A program made the position numbers and the translations under genes. From positions 18,357 through 82,356 of the forward strand of contig CAYQDN010000010.1 in assembly GCA_964416335.1 (NCBI GenBank): DNA of 64,000 nt, given 5' to 3'. This DNA is from an uncultured Azospirillum sp. (lineage in GTDB: Bacteria; Pseudomonadota; Alphaproteobacteria; CACIAM-22H2). The notes beneath the pieces are model-generated. The model made no database searches and was not told the origin of the DNA. It was given only the letters and a program-made list of their open reading frames with translations. Below are positions 27,863-38,280 of this stretch, in pieces. Position 1 is the first letter of the stretch. Every line of letters starts with the position of its first letter.

Positions 27863-30427
27863 TCACGCAGCCTTCTGAACCCAAAATTGATACATTCCGT
27901 TGAAGATTTCCGGGTTTCGGTTTTCGTAAATATCCCAGAGGCCAAGATCAGTCTCAGAACCGGGATTGGGAAAGCTGCTTTGGAAGGCTCTGCTTGTCTC
28001 CGGCGAGATGTCGAAGCCGAGAAATGTCAGGTTGAACTGCTCAAGCCAACGCCCGATTTCAGGCAGGGTAAGGCGATGCTCCTGGACGTGGAAAAGCAGA
28101 TCGCGGCATCCGCTGACTGAGGCGAAGTCATCCCATTTCACGACCGTCCGGCGGATATCCGTCTCCTCCAAAGCGAGAAGCTCCCGGCGGCAAAGGCGAA
28201 TATCCTCAGTGCTTGAGCCGAAGGCTTTTTCCGCAATGAAGTCGCGGACGGCGACGACGTTTCGCCGGGCGCGGGCGCTGTAGAGCCCGAGCCTCAGGAA
28301 TCCGTTGGGTTTCAGTAGGGACACAAGAACCTTCAGTCCGGCTTCGGGGTCGCCCAGATGATGGAGAACGCCGACCGATTCGATGACTTCAAACTGGCGG
28401 CCGATTTCACCCAACTTCAGTATGTCGGCCTGTGCAAACTGCAGGTTATGCAATCCCAGTTCGTTTGCTTTCCGCATGGCATAACCAAGGCTGGAGCGAC
28501 TGAGGTCAATAGCCAGGACTTTTGCGGCTGGAAAGATCAGGGCGGTTTCGATCGGATGAAGGCCTGTGCCACAGCCGGCAATCAGGATGTCGGTTGTCGG
28601 CCCCTTGAGCGGGGCGAGGAGTACGCGAGGTATCTGGTTGCGGATATGAAATTCAATGGACGCGCACGGAACCAACGGCTCTGTCCTTAGCCAGCGCGGA
28701 TAGGGGTTTTCTTCATATTGCTGGCGCACAAGTGAGGAGACACCCGTGTCGATTGACGTAAGGCTCGGAATATCCGCTCGAATTTTCCGCTCTTGCAGAG
28801 GTTCGGCGATCTGCAAGACGAGCATTTCATTTACGGATTCGTGCCACTGAAGCTGCAGCAGGTTTTCCGAATCCGGCAGGGAATGCAGCGGAACATAGCA
28901 GCCCAAGGCAATCAGCTTGAGTGCGTTGACGGTTCGCCCTTCCGCCAGCGAAGAGAGAATTTCATTTTCGAGTTGTCGGATCTCCAGAAATTCGTCTTCT
29001 GTGCAATCGAAGACGAATTCATTGATGAAGCATTGATTTGCCAACGCGCCGAAGAAAGCCAGAACGGGGGCGGGGAATTCGGTGACCGGCAAGCCGGACG
29101 TCACATCCCCCAGGAGAACGGTGCGGCACGTCGTCAAGATCTTTTCCAGAGATGCGTCATGGATCGGAATTTGCTTCATGAGGCGAAGAAGCAGAGTTTC
29201 GTTGGCGAGGCGTCCGACGGCCCAATCGCTCTGCTCTTTTGACCGGTTTCCGGGAAATGCTGCCGCGTCGTGAATTCCGGAAGACGCCAAATTGCTCTTG
29301 ATGGTCGCGATGACGATCGGCGCCAATTTGGTTGGCTTCGACCAGTTTTCACATAGGGCGCGCAACGCAGTCTCAATATGTTGATCTGGAATATTCAGTG
29401 GCTGAAGGCGAATCAGGCATTCGACGAAACTCAATTTCCCTTGAGTCGTTTCCTTCAGCTTCAGGGACTGGACGCAGCAGGACAACCCATCCTGAGGATT
29501 TCCCAGTTCGCACAGGACGACGCCCATGTTGCAGTATGCCTCGGCGTAGTCCGGTTTGAGGCGGATGGCGGCGTCGTAGGCGACGACGGCTTCTTCAAGC
29601 CGCCCCAGGTCCTTGAGCGTGCCCCCCAGGTTGTTGTGCGGCTCGGCCAGATCCGGCTTGAAGGCGATGGCGGCGTTGTAGGCCGCGACGGCGTCTTCAA
29701 GTCGGCCCATGTCTTTGAGCGCGTTTCCCAGATTGTTGTGTGCCTCGGCGTAGTCCGGTTTGACGGCAATGGCTGTGTTGTAGGCGACGACAGCTTCTTC
29801 AAGCTGCCCCATGTCCTTGAATGCGACGCCCAGATTGTAGTGGATTCCGGCCATATCCGGCCTGAGGCGGATGGCGGTGTTGTAGGCGGCGATGGCGTCT
29901 TCGAACCGCCCCATGTCCTTGAGCGTGTTTGCGAGGTTGTTATGCGCCTCGGCGTAGTCCGGCTTGAGGCGGATGGCGCTGTCGTAGGCGGCGACGGCGC
30001 CTTCGAGCCGCCCCATGTCCTTGAGCGTGTTTCCCAGGATGTTGTGCGTGTCGGCCAGGTCCGGCGCGAAACCAATGGCGCTATTGAAAGCGGCGACTGC
30101 ATCTTCGAGCCGACCCAAATCCTTGAGCGCATTCCCCAAGTTGGAATGATAGAATGCGATCTTTCCGTTGATCCCGATGGCCTTGCCGACAAGCTCGACG
30201 GCGACGTCGCTCCGCCCGACCTGGCGTGCGATCACGCCCAGCATGTTCAAGGCATCGGCATTGCGGGAATCGACAGCCAATACCTGACGATAGAGATCTT
30301 CCGCCTCGTTCAATTGCCCGGCACGATGGTGCCGAAGAGCCGTCTCGAAAGTTTCCCGAACCTCTTGTCGAGCGCCATGCCGCGGCGACATCGCCTTTCC
30401 CTGCGTTCGGCGCTCTTTGCGGTTCAT
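27863..30427 (-). CDS. TPR-repeat protein fused to a class I SAM methyltransferase
   Basis: About 9 TPRs; VRQQYEENPYPRW; ILIAGCGTG; AIDLS; GVLHHL; RDLLFHVQE; 854 aa. Confidence 0.9.
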   Translation of the reverse strand: MNRKERRTQGKAMSPRHGARQEVRETFETALRHHRAGQLNEAEDLYRQVLAVDSRNADALNMLGVIARQVGRSDVAVELVGKAIGINGKIAFYHSNLGNALKDLGRLEDAVAAFNSAIGFAPDLADTHNILGNTLKDMGRLEGAVAAYDSAIRLKPDYAEAHNNLANTLKDMGRFEDAIAAYNTAIRLRPDMAGIHYNLGVAFKDMGQLEEAVVAYNTAIAVKPDYAEAHNNLGNALKDMGRLEDAVAAYNAAIAFKPDLAEPHNNLGGTLKDLGRLEEAVVAYDAAIRLKPDYAEAYCNMGVVLCELGNPQDGLSCCVQSLKLKETTQGKLSFVECLIRLQPLNIPDQHIETALRALCENWSKPTKLAPIVIATIKSNLASSGIHDAAAFPGNRSKEQSDWAVGRLANETLLLRLMKQIPIHDASLEKILTTCRTVLLGDVTSGLPVTEFPAPVLAFFGALANQCFINEFVFDCTEDEFLEIRQLENEILSSLAEGRTVNALKLIALGCYVPLHSLPDSENLLQLQWHESVNEMLVLQIAEPLQERKIRADIPSLTSIDTGVSSLVRQQYEENPYPRWLRTEPLVPCASIEFHIRNQIPRVLLAPLKGPTTDILIAGCGTGLHPIETALIFPAAKVLAIDLSRSSLGYAMRKANELGLHNLQFAQADILKLGEIGRQFEVIESVGVLHHLGDPEAGLKVLVSLLKPNGFLRLGLYSARARRNVVAVRDFIAEKAFGSSTEDIRLCRRELLALEETDIRRTVVKWDDFASVSGCRDLLFHVQEHRLTLPEIGRWLEQFNLTFLGFDISPETSRAFQSSFPNPGSETDLGLWDIYENRNPEIFNGMYQFWVQKAA
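29546..30157 (-). repeat. Six tandem 102-bp (34-aa) TPR coding repeats
   Basis: Consensus AEAHNNLGNxLKDMGRLEDAVAAYxxAIxLKPDY; recurring DNA words such as TCGGCGTAGTCCGG and CCCATGTCCTTGA. Confidence 0.85.
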
Positions 30428-30623
30428 TTATCTTGCTTCCTCATACACACAGCCAAGCCTGCCTGCCGTCAGGATATCGGGACTGCGAGGGTGGCTTCAC
30501 AACGAATGCCCCGACTCAGCTCGATCGGCAGTTTAAGCGGCGGCCTGAAGCTGCAGCAAGCGGCGCTGTCTCAACTGGTGCAGTCCAGCAGATCTGGCTC
30601 GATCTTTATATTCGCACCATCCG

Positions 30624-31034
30624 CTAACCAGCTGTCGCCGGAATCGCGGCCGCATGCCAGCTCACCAATTGCCAGATATCGCTGTCGCCATCCTGCCGGA
30701 TCCAGACATTCGTATAGCGGATTGCCGCGGTCTTTGTTTCGCCGTTGTTTGTCGAGGTGACCTTTGCGCGCCCGCTCGCGATTGCCGTGTTGCCATGCCA
30801 GATCCGGACAGCCAGCTCGTCGCGCTCGATCTTCCGGTAGATCAGCGCTCCGGTGCGGATCGAATCGATATATGACTTCTTGGTATCGACCCGGGACGAC
30901 CCATGCACGTAGTGAAGGTCCTTCGAAAACAGTTTCTCCATGGCATCAACATCCGAACCGGTCAGCGCATCGCACCGCTGCGTCTCGAGTTCCAGAATCC
31001 TGTCTTTGATCTGGCTGTCAGTCCGATTGGGCAT
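30624..31034 (-). CDS. NTF2-like / DUF4440 protein
   Basis: LELETQRCDAL, DLHYVHGSSRVDTK, YTNVW, WQLVSWH; start MPNRTD behind a GGAG RBS. Confidence 0.8.
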   Translation of the reverse strand: MPNRTDSQIKDRILELETQRCDALTGSDVDAMEKLFSKDLHYVHGSSRVDTKKSYIDSIRTGALIYRKIERDELAVRIWHGNTAIASGRAKVTSTNNGETKTAAIRYTNVWIRQDGDSDIWQLVSWHAAAIPATAG

Positions 31035-31053
31035 TGCTTTCTTTCCTCCGGTA

Positions 31054-32802
31054 TCAGTGGCTTTCCCGAGTGATGTCCGTGCCTGATTTTCCGACAAGGA
31101 AATCAAGATCCGCACCCTTGTCGGCCTGCATCACATGATCGGTGTAGAGCCTGTAGTAGCCGCGCTCGCTGTGCGGTGCGGGCGGCTTCCAGCGCGCCCG
31201 GCGTTTCTCGAGTTCGGCATCGCTGACGTCGAGATGGAGACGACGGTTCGGCACGTCGAGTTCGATGATGTCGCCATTGGCGACAAGGGCTATCGGTCCG
31301 CCCGCAGCCGCTTCCGGTGCCGTATGGAGGATCGTCGTGCCGTAGGCCGTGCCCGACATGCGGGCATCCGAAATGCGCACCATGTCGCGCACGCCCTGCT
31401 TGAGAAGTTTGGCCGGCAACGCGAAATTGCCGACCTCGGGGAATCCCGGATAGCCTTTGGGGCCGCAGCCCTTGAGCACCATGATGCAGTTCGCGTCGAT
31501 GTCGAGATTCGGATCGTCGATACGCGCGTCGTAGTCCTCGATCGATTCGAAGACGACCGCGCGACCGCGATGCTTCATCAGGGCAGGGCTCGCGGCTGAC
31601 GGCTTCAGGACCGCCCCGCGCGGTGCGAGATTGCCGCGCAATACCGCGATGCCACCTTCCGGCTTGAACGGTGTGGCAAAGGGAAAGATCACGTCGTGGC
31701 TGTGGTTTTTCGCTTCCTTGTTGTTCTCCCCGATCGATTTTCCGGTCACGGTGAGTGCGTCGAGATGGAGCTTGTGCCGGATCTCCGAGATCACCGCCGG
31801 GATGCCGCCGGCATAGTAGAATTCTTCCATCAGGTATTTTCCCGACGGCATGAGATTGACGAGGCAAGGCATGTCGCGCCCGAGGCGGTCCCAGTCGTCG
31901 AGTGACAGGTCAACGCCCATGCGGCCGGCCATCGCGAGAAGGTGCACGACGGCATTGGTCGAGCCGCCGATCGCGCCATTGACCATGATCGCGTTCTCGA
32001 ACGCCTGCTTGGTAAGGATCTTGGACAAACGAAGATCCTCCTTGACCATCTCGACAATCCGGCGGCCCGCCATGTGCGCCAGCGCAAAGCGTCGGGCATC
32101 GACGCCCGGGATCGCCGCATTCGTCGGCAGCGCGATGCCGAGTGCTTCGACCATCGAGGCCATTGTCGAGGCCGTCCCCATCGTCATGCAGTGTCCCGAC
32201 GAGCGCGACATGGCGGCTTCGGCCTGCGAGAGGTCTTCCATCGTCATCTCGCCGGTCTTCAGCCGCTCGGTGAATATCCACGAGTGCGTGCCCGAGCCGA
32301 TGAGCTCGCCGCGGAAGCGCCCGTTGAGCATCGGACCGCCGGACACGACGAGCGACGGCAGGTCGCAACTCGCTGCACCCATGACAAGGGCAGGCGTCGT
32401 CTTGTCGCAGCCGGTGAGGAGGATTACGCCGTCCATCGGCTGGCCACGGATCGACTCCTCGACATCCATCGAGGCGAGGTTGCGGTAGAGCATCGCCGTC
32501 GGGCGCAGCAGTACCTCCGACAGGCTCGTGACGGGAAACTCGAGCGGAAAGCCGCCCATCTCGTAGACGCCGCGCTTCACGTATTCCGCTATCTGGCGGA
32601 AATGGCCGTTGCAGGGCGTGAACTCCGACCAGGTGTTGCAAATGCCGATGACCGGGCGCCCGTCGAAGAGATGATCGACACGCCCCTGGTTCTTCATCCA
32701 GCTCCTGCGTCCGAAGCCGTCGCGATCCTGGCGCGTGAACCAGGCGTTCGAACGCAGCCTGTAATTCCGCGTGTCGTGTCCGTGTTCGGAATCGTCGGCC
32801 AT
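31054..32802 (-). CDS. Second IlvD/Edd-family sugar-acid dehydratase
   Basis: TPCNGH, RPTAML, GCDKTTP, CMTMGTAST, SDARMSGT, C-terminal RESH; paralog of 15170-16891. Confidence 0.92.
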   Translation of the reverse strand: MADDSEHGHDTRNYRLRSNAWFTRQDRDGFGRRSWMKNQGRVDHLFDGRPVIGICNTWSEFTPCNGHFRQIAEYVKRGVYEMGGFPLEFPVTSLSEVLLRPTAMLYRNLASMDVEESIRGQPMDGVILLTGCDKTTPALVMGAASCDLPSLVVSGGPMLNGRFRGELIGSGTHSWIFTERLKTGEMTMEDLSQAEAAMSRSSGHCMTMGTASTMASMVEALGIALPTNAAIPGVDARRFALAHMAGRRIVEMVKEDLRLSKILTKQAFENAIMVNGAIGGSTNAVVHLLAMAGRMGVDLSLDDWDRLGRDMPCLVNLMPSGKYLMEEFYYAGGIPAVISEIRHKLHLDALTVTGKSIGENNKEAKNHSHDVIFPFATPFKPEGGIAVLRGNLAPRGAVLKPSAASPALMKHRGRAVVFESIEDYDARIDDPNLDIDANCIMVLKGCGPKGYPGFPEVGNFALPAKLLKQGVRDMVRISDARMSGTAYGTTILHTAPEAAAGGPIALVANGDIIELDVPNRRLHLDVSDAELEKRRARWKPPAPHSERGYYRLYTDHVMQADKGADLDFLVGKSGTDITRESH

Positions 32803-32894
32803 TGTCTCCCCGTTGGCTTTTTTCTTGGTCGTCGCACCGGCAATTCCATGACCTTAAGGTGCACACCCGCAGCCAACAAGGCGGAGGCTATCCT

Positions 32895-32917
32895 ATTGAA
32901 TATATAGTATATTCAAT
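32895..32917. promoter_or_regulatory. Perfect AT-rich palindrome, candidate operator
   Basis: ATTGAATATA-TAG-TATATTCAAT. Confidence 0.6.
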
Positions 32918-32993
32918 CCACACGATGGTTCCGTCCGCTGGATTCTTGGAGCGTGCGTACGCGCGAACATCCGGCTTGGCGCGCGCTCGGCCC

Positions 32994-33005
32994 ATCGTAT
33001 ACGAT
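32994..33005. promoter_or_regulatory. Perfect palindrome, GntR-type operator candidate
   Basis: ATCGTATACGAT. Confidence 0.5.
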
Positions 33006-33170
33006 TTTCATCCGGACAGAGCGCGAGCCGGACAACGTCCGATAAGAAAACGCGCCAGGGAGTGAAGACGAAAAAGGCGGAATTGCCGCCGTTCCCGACG
33101 ATCGCGCAGCGGCAAGCAACGATATCGCACCTGAAGCCGCAACCTGTCGAAATCCAGCCGAGGGAATCCC

Positions 33171-34058
33171 ATGGAAGTGATCGAACGCGATGCAGGCCTC
33201 GATGTCCTCTCGCCCGAGGCCATTGCCGCCTATCGTCGCGACGGCTTCACCGTCGTTCGGAATGTGGCAGGCCTGAAACTGGTCGCCGCCTGCCTCGACG
33301 CCATCTCGGGTCTCGCCAGCGGGCGGATCCCGCGCCGTTCGACGGAGATCGCCTTCGAGCCGGGCGTGGATCCGTCCGGGCTCCAGCCAGAAGAGCGGCA
33401 GGACCATATCCGCAAGTTCGCGTGGTTCGTGGAGGATTCGCCGCCGCTTCTCGCGGCCGCGATGTCGCAGCACCTGCACAGGGCACTTGACCAGATACTG
33501 GGGCAGGGGCGCGTCCTTTTCCAGGACATGGCCCTGATCAAGCCGCCGAAGATCGGCGGGGCGAAGCGCTGGCATCAGGACGCCGCGTATTTCCGCGTCA
33601 GTGATCCTAATCTGATCGTTGGCACCTGGATTGCGCTCGACCGGGCAACGCGGGAAAATGGCTGCATGGAAGTGATCCCCGGATCGCATCTCGACGGCCC
33701 GGCCGTCCATCGGCCGGAGGTCGACATCAACGAATGTTCGATCCGTCCCGACCAGTTGCGTGTCAACGATCGTGTCGCGATCGAATTGGAACCCGGCGAC
33801 GCGCTGGTCTTCAGCTCGCTGCTGCATCACTTCACCGCACCGAACCGCTCCACGCAGCGCCGGCGTGCGATCCAGTTCCACTACCACCAGATCGGGATGA
33901 CGTGGACCTCGCTCGAAGCTCACCAGCGGCACTTCCACGACGCGACCGGTGCCTATGCGGGTTGCACCGTGCAGAAGAAGCCCGTGCCGCCGGGCAAGGA
34001 GTTCGTCTATGCCGGCGGTCGCGAACGCGAGATCCGGCCGGTCGCCGGCTGGGAGTGA
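33171..34058 (+). CDS. Phytanoyl-CoA dioxygenase (PhyH) family Fe(II)/2OG oxygenase
   Basis: YRRDGF, KPP, WHQD, WIALD, NGCMEVIPGSH, distal H, NRS...RR. Confidence 0.9.
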   Translation: MEVIERDAGLDVLSPEAIAAYRRDGFTVVRNVAGLKLVAACLDAISGLASGRIPRRSTEIAFEPGVDPSGLQPEERQDHIRKFAWFVEDSPPLLAAAMSQHLHRALDQILGQGRVLFQDMALIKPPKIGGAKRWHQDAAYFRVSDPNLIVGTWIALDRATRENGCMEVIPGSHLDGPAVHRPEVDINECSIRPDQLRVNDRVAIELEPGDALVFSSLLHHFTAPNRSTQRRRAIQFHYHQIGMTWTSLEAHQRHFHDATGAYAGCTVQKKPVPPGKEFVYAGGREREIRPVAGWE

Positions 34059-34067
34059 GCATCGCGC

Positions 34068-35090
34068 TCAGCTGGCCGAGTTGACGCCCTCGAGATTGAG
34101 TTCGCTTGCGCGATGGCAGGCGACAAGGCCGCCGCCAGTGATCGGTTGGAGTTGCGGAATTTCCTGCCGACAGCGCTCGACTGCGTAACGACAGCGCGGA
34201 TGGAAGGCGCAGCCGGGCGGTACGCGCGACGGATCGGCCACTTCGCCGGCGAGCACGATGCGTTTTGCACGCTTGCGCGGATCGGGAACCGGCACCGCCG
34301 ATAGCAGCGCTTCGGTATAGGGATGTCGCGGCATGCGGAACAGCGCATCTGTCGGTGCCAGTTCGACGATCCGGCCGACATACATGACGGCGACGCGATG
34401 GCTCACGTGCTTGACGACCGAAAGATCGTGGGCGACGAACAGGTACGAGAGCCCGAGGCGTTCCTGGAGTTCGAGGAGCAGATTGATGATCTGCGCCTGA
34501 ACCGAAACATCGAGTGCGGAGACCGGTTCGTCGGCGACGATCAACGCCGGATTGAGCGCCAGTGCGCGTGCTATGCCGATCCGCTGGCGCTGGCCGCCGG
34601 AAAAGGCATGCGGGAAGCGGTTCATGTAGGCCAGCGGCAGCTGGACGAGGTCCAGCAGCTCGGCAATCCTGCGCCGCCGTTCTGCGAGATTGCCGACCCC
34701 GTTGACCAGCAGCGGCTCGCCGATGATGTCGGCAATCGTCATCCGCGGATTGAGCGACGAATACGGATCCTGGAAGATCATCTGCATCTGTCGCCGCAGC
34801 GGCCGCAGTTCCGACCGCGCGAGGCCGGCGACGTCGACATTCCGGTTGTCGGACGTATTGAACTGGATCGCACCGGCCGTCGGCCGGATCGCACGCAGGA
34901 TGCAGCGCGACGTCGTCGTCTTGCCGCAGCCGGATTCGCCGACGAGCGACAGGGTTTCGCCGTGCGAGATCTTGAAGGAGATGTCGTCAACCGCCTTCAC
35001 GTTCCCGACGACGCGCCGGAAGATTCCCTTCCGGATCGGGAAGTACTTCTTGAGGCCTTCCACCGAAAGGACGATCCGCTCGCTCGTCAT
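34068..35090 (-). CDS. Dipeptide/oligopeptide ABC ATPase (DppF/OppF type)
   Basis: [39 protein letters not shown]. Confidence 0.93.
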   Translation of the reverse strand: MTSERIVLSVEGLKKYFPIRKGIFRRVVGNVKAVDDISFKISHGETLSLVGESGCGKTTTSRCILRAIRPTAGAIQFNTSDNRNVDVAGLARSELRPLRRQMQMIFQDPYSSLNPRMTIADIIGEPLLVNGVGNLAERRRRIAELLDLVQLPLAYMNRFPHAFSGGQRQRIGIARALALNPALIVADEPVSALDVSVQAQIINLLLELQERLGLSYLFVAHDLSVVKHVSHRVAVMYVGRIVELAPTDALFRMPRHPYTEALLSAVPVPDPRKRAKRIVLAGEVADPSRVPPGCAFHPRCRYAVERCRQEIPQLQPITGGGLVACHRASELNLEGVNSAS

Positions 35091-36100
35091 GCGCCGCTCC
35101 CGGCCGGCGCGCCGTAGAGGAAGCAGCGCACTTCGTGTTCGGCATCGAGTGCGGTCGCCGGTGGCGGGCTCCTGTCGCAGGTCCCGGGAATCGCGTTCTG
35201 GCAGCGCGGATGGAAGGGGCAGCCCGGCGGCCGCGCGTAAGGATGCGGGATGCTTCCCGCAATGGTCGCCAGACGCGAGCGAGGTTCGGCAAGCACCGAC
35301 GGGATCGAACGCAGGAGGGCCTGCGTATATGGATGCTTGGGCGCGTGGAAGATCGTATCCACGGAGCCGTATTCGACGACCTTCCCCAAATACATGACCG
35401 AGACGGTGTCGGCCATCTCGGCGATCACGCCCATGTCGTGCGTGATCAGGACCACGGCCAGGTCACGCTCGACCTGGATTTTCCGGATGAGTTCGAGGAT
35501 CTGCGCCTGGGTGGTCACGTCGAGTGCCGTCGTCGGCTCGTCGGCGATCAGGATGCGCGGTTCGGCGGCGAGCGCCAGGGCGATCATGACGCGCTGGCGC
35601 AAGCCCCCCGAAAGTTCGAAGGAATAGGAATCGATGCGCTGCTCAGGTCGCGGAATCCCGACGAGTTGCAGCAGCTCGATCGCCCGGTCCCTTGCTTCCT
35701 TCTCGGAGATATTCCGATGCAGGCGGATGGCCTCGATGACTTGGTTCCCGATCGTGTAGAACACCGAAAGCGAGCTCATCGGTTCCTGGAAGACGTATCC
35801 AATCTCGCCACCGCGAATGTCGCGCATTTCAGCGCTTGAGTCGTCGATCGTCGCGAGATCGACGACGCAACCGTCGCCGCGCCGCAGTAGCATCGAGCCA
35901 CCCTCGACCTTGCCGGGGCGATCGACGATGCGAAGGATCGATCGCGCGGTCACGCTCTTCCCGCATCCGGACTCGCCGACGATCCCGAGGGTGCGACCGG
36001 GATACAGGTCGAACGACGCGCCGTCGACCGCGCGCACGATGCCTTCGTCCGGCCGGAAATAGGTCTTGAGGTCCCGGACCGACAGGATGGGCTCAGCCAT
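35087..36100 (-). CDS. Dipeptide/oligopeptide ABC ATPase (DppD/OppD type)
   Basis: [40 protein letters not shown]; start MAEPIL. Confidence 0.92.
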   Translation of the reverse strand: MAEPILSVRDLKTYFRPDEGIVRAVDGASFDLYPGRTLGIVGESGCGKSVTARSILRIVDRPGKVEGGSMLLRRGDGCVVDLATIDDSSAEMRDIRGGEIGYVFQEPMSSLSVFYTIGNQVIEAIRLHRNISEKEARDRAIELLQLVGIPRPEQRIDSYSFELSGGLRQRVMIALALAAEPRILIADEPTTALDVTTQAQILELIRKIQVERDLAVVLITHDMGVIAEMADTVSVMYLGKVVEYGSVDTIFHAPKHPYTQALLRSIPSVLAEPRSRLATIAGSIPHPYARPPGCPFHPRCQNAIPGTCDRSPPPATALDAEHEVRCFLYGAPAGSGA

Positions 36101-37226
36101 AGGGATCCGCCGCATCGCGCAGGCCGTCGCCGAGGAAGTTGAAGGCAAGGATGACGACCACGACCGGCACTGCCACCAGGAGCAGCCAGGGTGCGATGGC
36201 GATCGCCTGGAGATTCTGGGCGTCCTGCAGCAGCACGCCCCAGGAAATGGCCGGTGGGCGAAGGCCCAATCCGAGGAACGAGAGTGTCGTCTCGCTGATG
36301 ATCATGGCGGGCAGTGCGAGACTGACCGCCGCGATGATGTGCGACAGGAACGACGGCACCATGTGCCGGAAGATGATTCGCAGCTGGGATGCGCCGGCGA
36401 GCTCTGCCGCCGTGATGAAGTCTTCCTCGCGCAGAGCGAGGAAGCGGCCCCGGACGACGCGGGCAAGCTCGGTCCACCCGATCAGCGAGATGATCACCGT
36501 GATAGCGATATAGACTTGGGTCACCGACCAGTCGTTGGGCAGGGCGGCGGCAAGCCCCATCCAGAGCGGGATTGTCGGAATCGAACGCAGGATCTCGATG
36601 ACGCGCTGGATAACCGTATCGATCGCTCCGCCATAGAGGCCGGAGATGCCGCCGAGGAGAATGCCCAGGAACAGCGACAGTCCGACGCCGACGAGCCCGA
36701 TCGTCAGCGATGTCCGCGTCGCGAGCATCAACCGCGACCAGACATCCCGGCCGAGCTGGTCGGTCCCGAGCAGGAACAGCGCGTCCTCCGGAATGCCGCG
36801 ATCCAACCCGATGACATGCCTGCTCGTTTCGAAGATGCCGAACAGCCGGTAGGTGTAGCCTTCGGCGAACAGGACGAGATGGCGCCGGTCGGTCGGATCG
36901 GGCACGTAGTGGAGCTTGAATGTCCTGAGGTCGCGCCGCCCCTTCAGCGCGTAGACGTGCGGCTTGAAGCTGCCGTCCTGATCGAACCAGTGGACCGACT
37001 GTGGCGGGATATAGCTGCGCGCCGCATCCGTCGAGTGCGGCGGCGTGACGGCGAGAAAGTCGGCGAATATGGCCATAAGGTAGAACAGGATCACGATGAT
37101 TCCGCTCGCCACCGCCACACGATGCTTGCGGAATCGCCACCATGTCAGCTGAAGCTGCGTGGCTGCGGCGATCCTGTCTTCCGCAGCGGATATGAACGGG
37201 GTTTCCGACTGCACCAGACCGCTCAT
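36093..37226 (-). CDS. Family-5 ABC permease (DppC type)
   Basis: WWRFRKH, LGTDQLGRD, ETTLSFLGLG, GDGLRDAADP; start MSGLVQ. Confidence 0.92.
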   Translation of the reverse strand: MSGLVQSETPFISAAEDRIAAATQLQLTWWRFRKHRVAVASGIIVILFYLMAIFADFLAVTPPHSTDAARSYIPPQSVHWFDQDGSFKPHVYALKGRRDLRTFKLHYVPDPTDRRHLVLFAEGYTYRLFGIFETSRHVIGLDRGIPEDALFLLGTDQLGRDVWSRLMLATRTSLTIGLVGVGLSLFLGILLGGISGLYGGAIDTVIQRVIEILRSIPTIPLWMGLAAALPNDWSVTQVYIAITVIISLIGWTELARVVRGRFLALREEDFITAAELAGASQLRIIFRHMVPSFLSHIIAAVSLALPAMIISETTLSFLGLGLRPPAISWGVLLQDAQNLQAIAIAPWLLLVAVPVVVVILAFNFLGDGLRDAADPYG

Positions 37227-38215
37227 CCGTGGATTCCCGCACGGATCCGGGGATCGATCCACATCAGGACAAGGTCCGAGATGAACGTGCCGACGACGGT
37301 CAGCACGCCGAGCAGAAGCACGATGGTTCCGGCAAGGAACATGTCCTGGGCGACGAGCGCGCGCAGCAGGAGCGGGCCGACGGTCGGCAGGGACAGGACA
37401 AGCGACACGACGATCGAGCCGGACACGACGAAGGGCAGCAGGTACCCGATCGTGCTGGCGAAAGGATTGAGTGCGGCACGGACCGGATACTTCACGATGA
37501 CGCGCCATTCGACCAGGCCGCGCGCCCGTGCCGTCGCGACATAGGGGCGGCGCAGCTCGTCGAGAAGGTTCGCCCGCATGATCCGGATCAGCTGCGCCGT
37601 TCCGGCAAGTGCGAGGATCATGGCCGGAAGCGGAAGATGGCGCATCAGGTCCATCGCCTTGCCCCATGACCAGGGTGCGAGCTGATACTCGGCCGAAAAC
37701 AGCCCGCCGACATTGAGGTCGAACAGGACGAAGCCGAAATACATGATTACCAGCGCAAGCAGGAAGTTCGGGACGGCCAACCCGATGAAGCCGACGAGCG
37801 TGAAGGCATAGTCAGCGGCCGAGTATTGCCGTACGGCGGAGTAGATGCCGATCGGAAGGGCGATCCCCCAAGTCAGGAATATCGCGGCGAGCGAGACGAC
37901 GACGGTGAGCCACAGCCGGTCGCCGAGGACCTCGGTCACGGGGCGGCCCCATTCCATCGAGGCCCCGAAGTCGCCCTGGACGACGCGGCTTATCCACTTC
38001 CAGTACTGGACCCAGACCGGCTGATCCAGACCGTAGAGCTGGCGCAGCGACTGGGCTTCCTGCTGGCTGACCATCGAGCCCGACGCGGAAAGATTGGCGA
38101 TGTACGCGTCGACGAAGTCGCCCGGCGGCAACTGGATGATGACGAAGGAAATGACGGAAATGGCCCAGATCGTGACGAGGGCAAGCCCGAAGCGCTGCAG
38201 GATGTAAGTAAGCAC
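37223..38215 (-). CDS. Family-5 ABC permease (DppB type)
   Basis: IQLPPGDF, YGLDQP, GDFG, TARARGL, IDPRIR. Confidence 0.92.
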   Translation of the reverse strand: MLTYILQRFGLALVTIWAISVISFVIIQLPPGDFVDAYIANLSASGSMVSQQEAQSLRQLYGLDQPVWVQYWKWISRVVQGDFGASMEWGRPVTEVLGDRLWLTVVVSLAAIFLTWGIALPIGIYSAVRQYSAADYAFTLVGFIGLAVPNFLLALVIMYFGFVLFDLNVGGLFSAEYQLAPWSWGKAMDLMRHLPLPAMILALAGTAQLIRIMRANLLDELRRPYVATARARGLVEWRVIVKYPVRAALNPFASTIGYLLPFVVSGSIVVSLVLSLPTVGPLLLRALVAQDMFLAGTIVLLLGVLTVVGTFISDLVLMWIDPRIRAGIHG

Positions 38216-38219
38216 GCGA

Positions 38220-38252
38220 CCTCAACCCCCGGACTGTTTCCAGGGGTCGAGG
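38220..38252 (-). other. Intercistronic stem-loop after the SBP gene
   Basis: Minus strand CCUCGACCCCUGGA-AACAG-UCCGGGGGUUGAGG: 14 bp with two G-U pairs that form only on the transcribed strand. Confidence 0.65.
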
Positions 38253-38280
38253 CGCGGCTTCATCGGGTATGCACGCTTTG

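Noticed and set aside
29546-30157. Regularly spaced repeats as a CRISPR array or DGR template
   Set aside because: In-frame 102-bp degenerate TPR coding units; no unique spacers and no reverse transcriptase.
30428-30623. Intergenic gap upstream of the TPR gene as an sRNA or IS scar
   Set aside because: No convincing stem, terminal repeat or promoter seen.
15170-32802. Inverted IlvD paralogs as ends of an invertible segment or composite element
   Set aside because: Many synonymous and non-synonymous differences, and no recombinase nearby.
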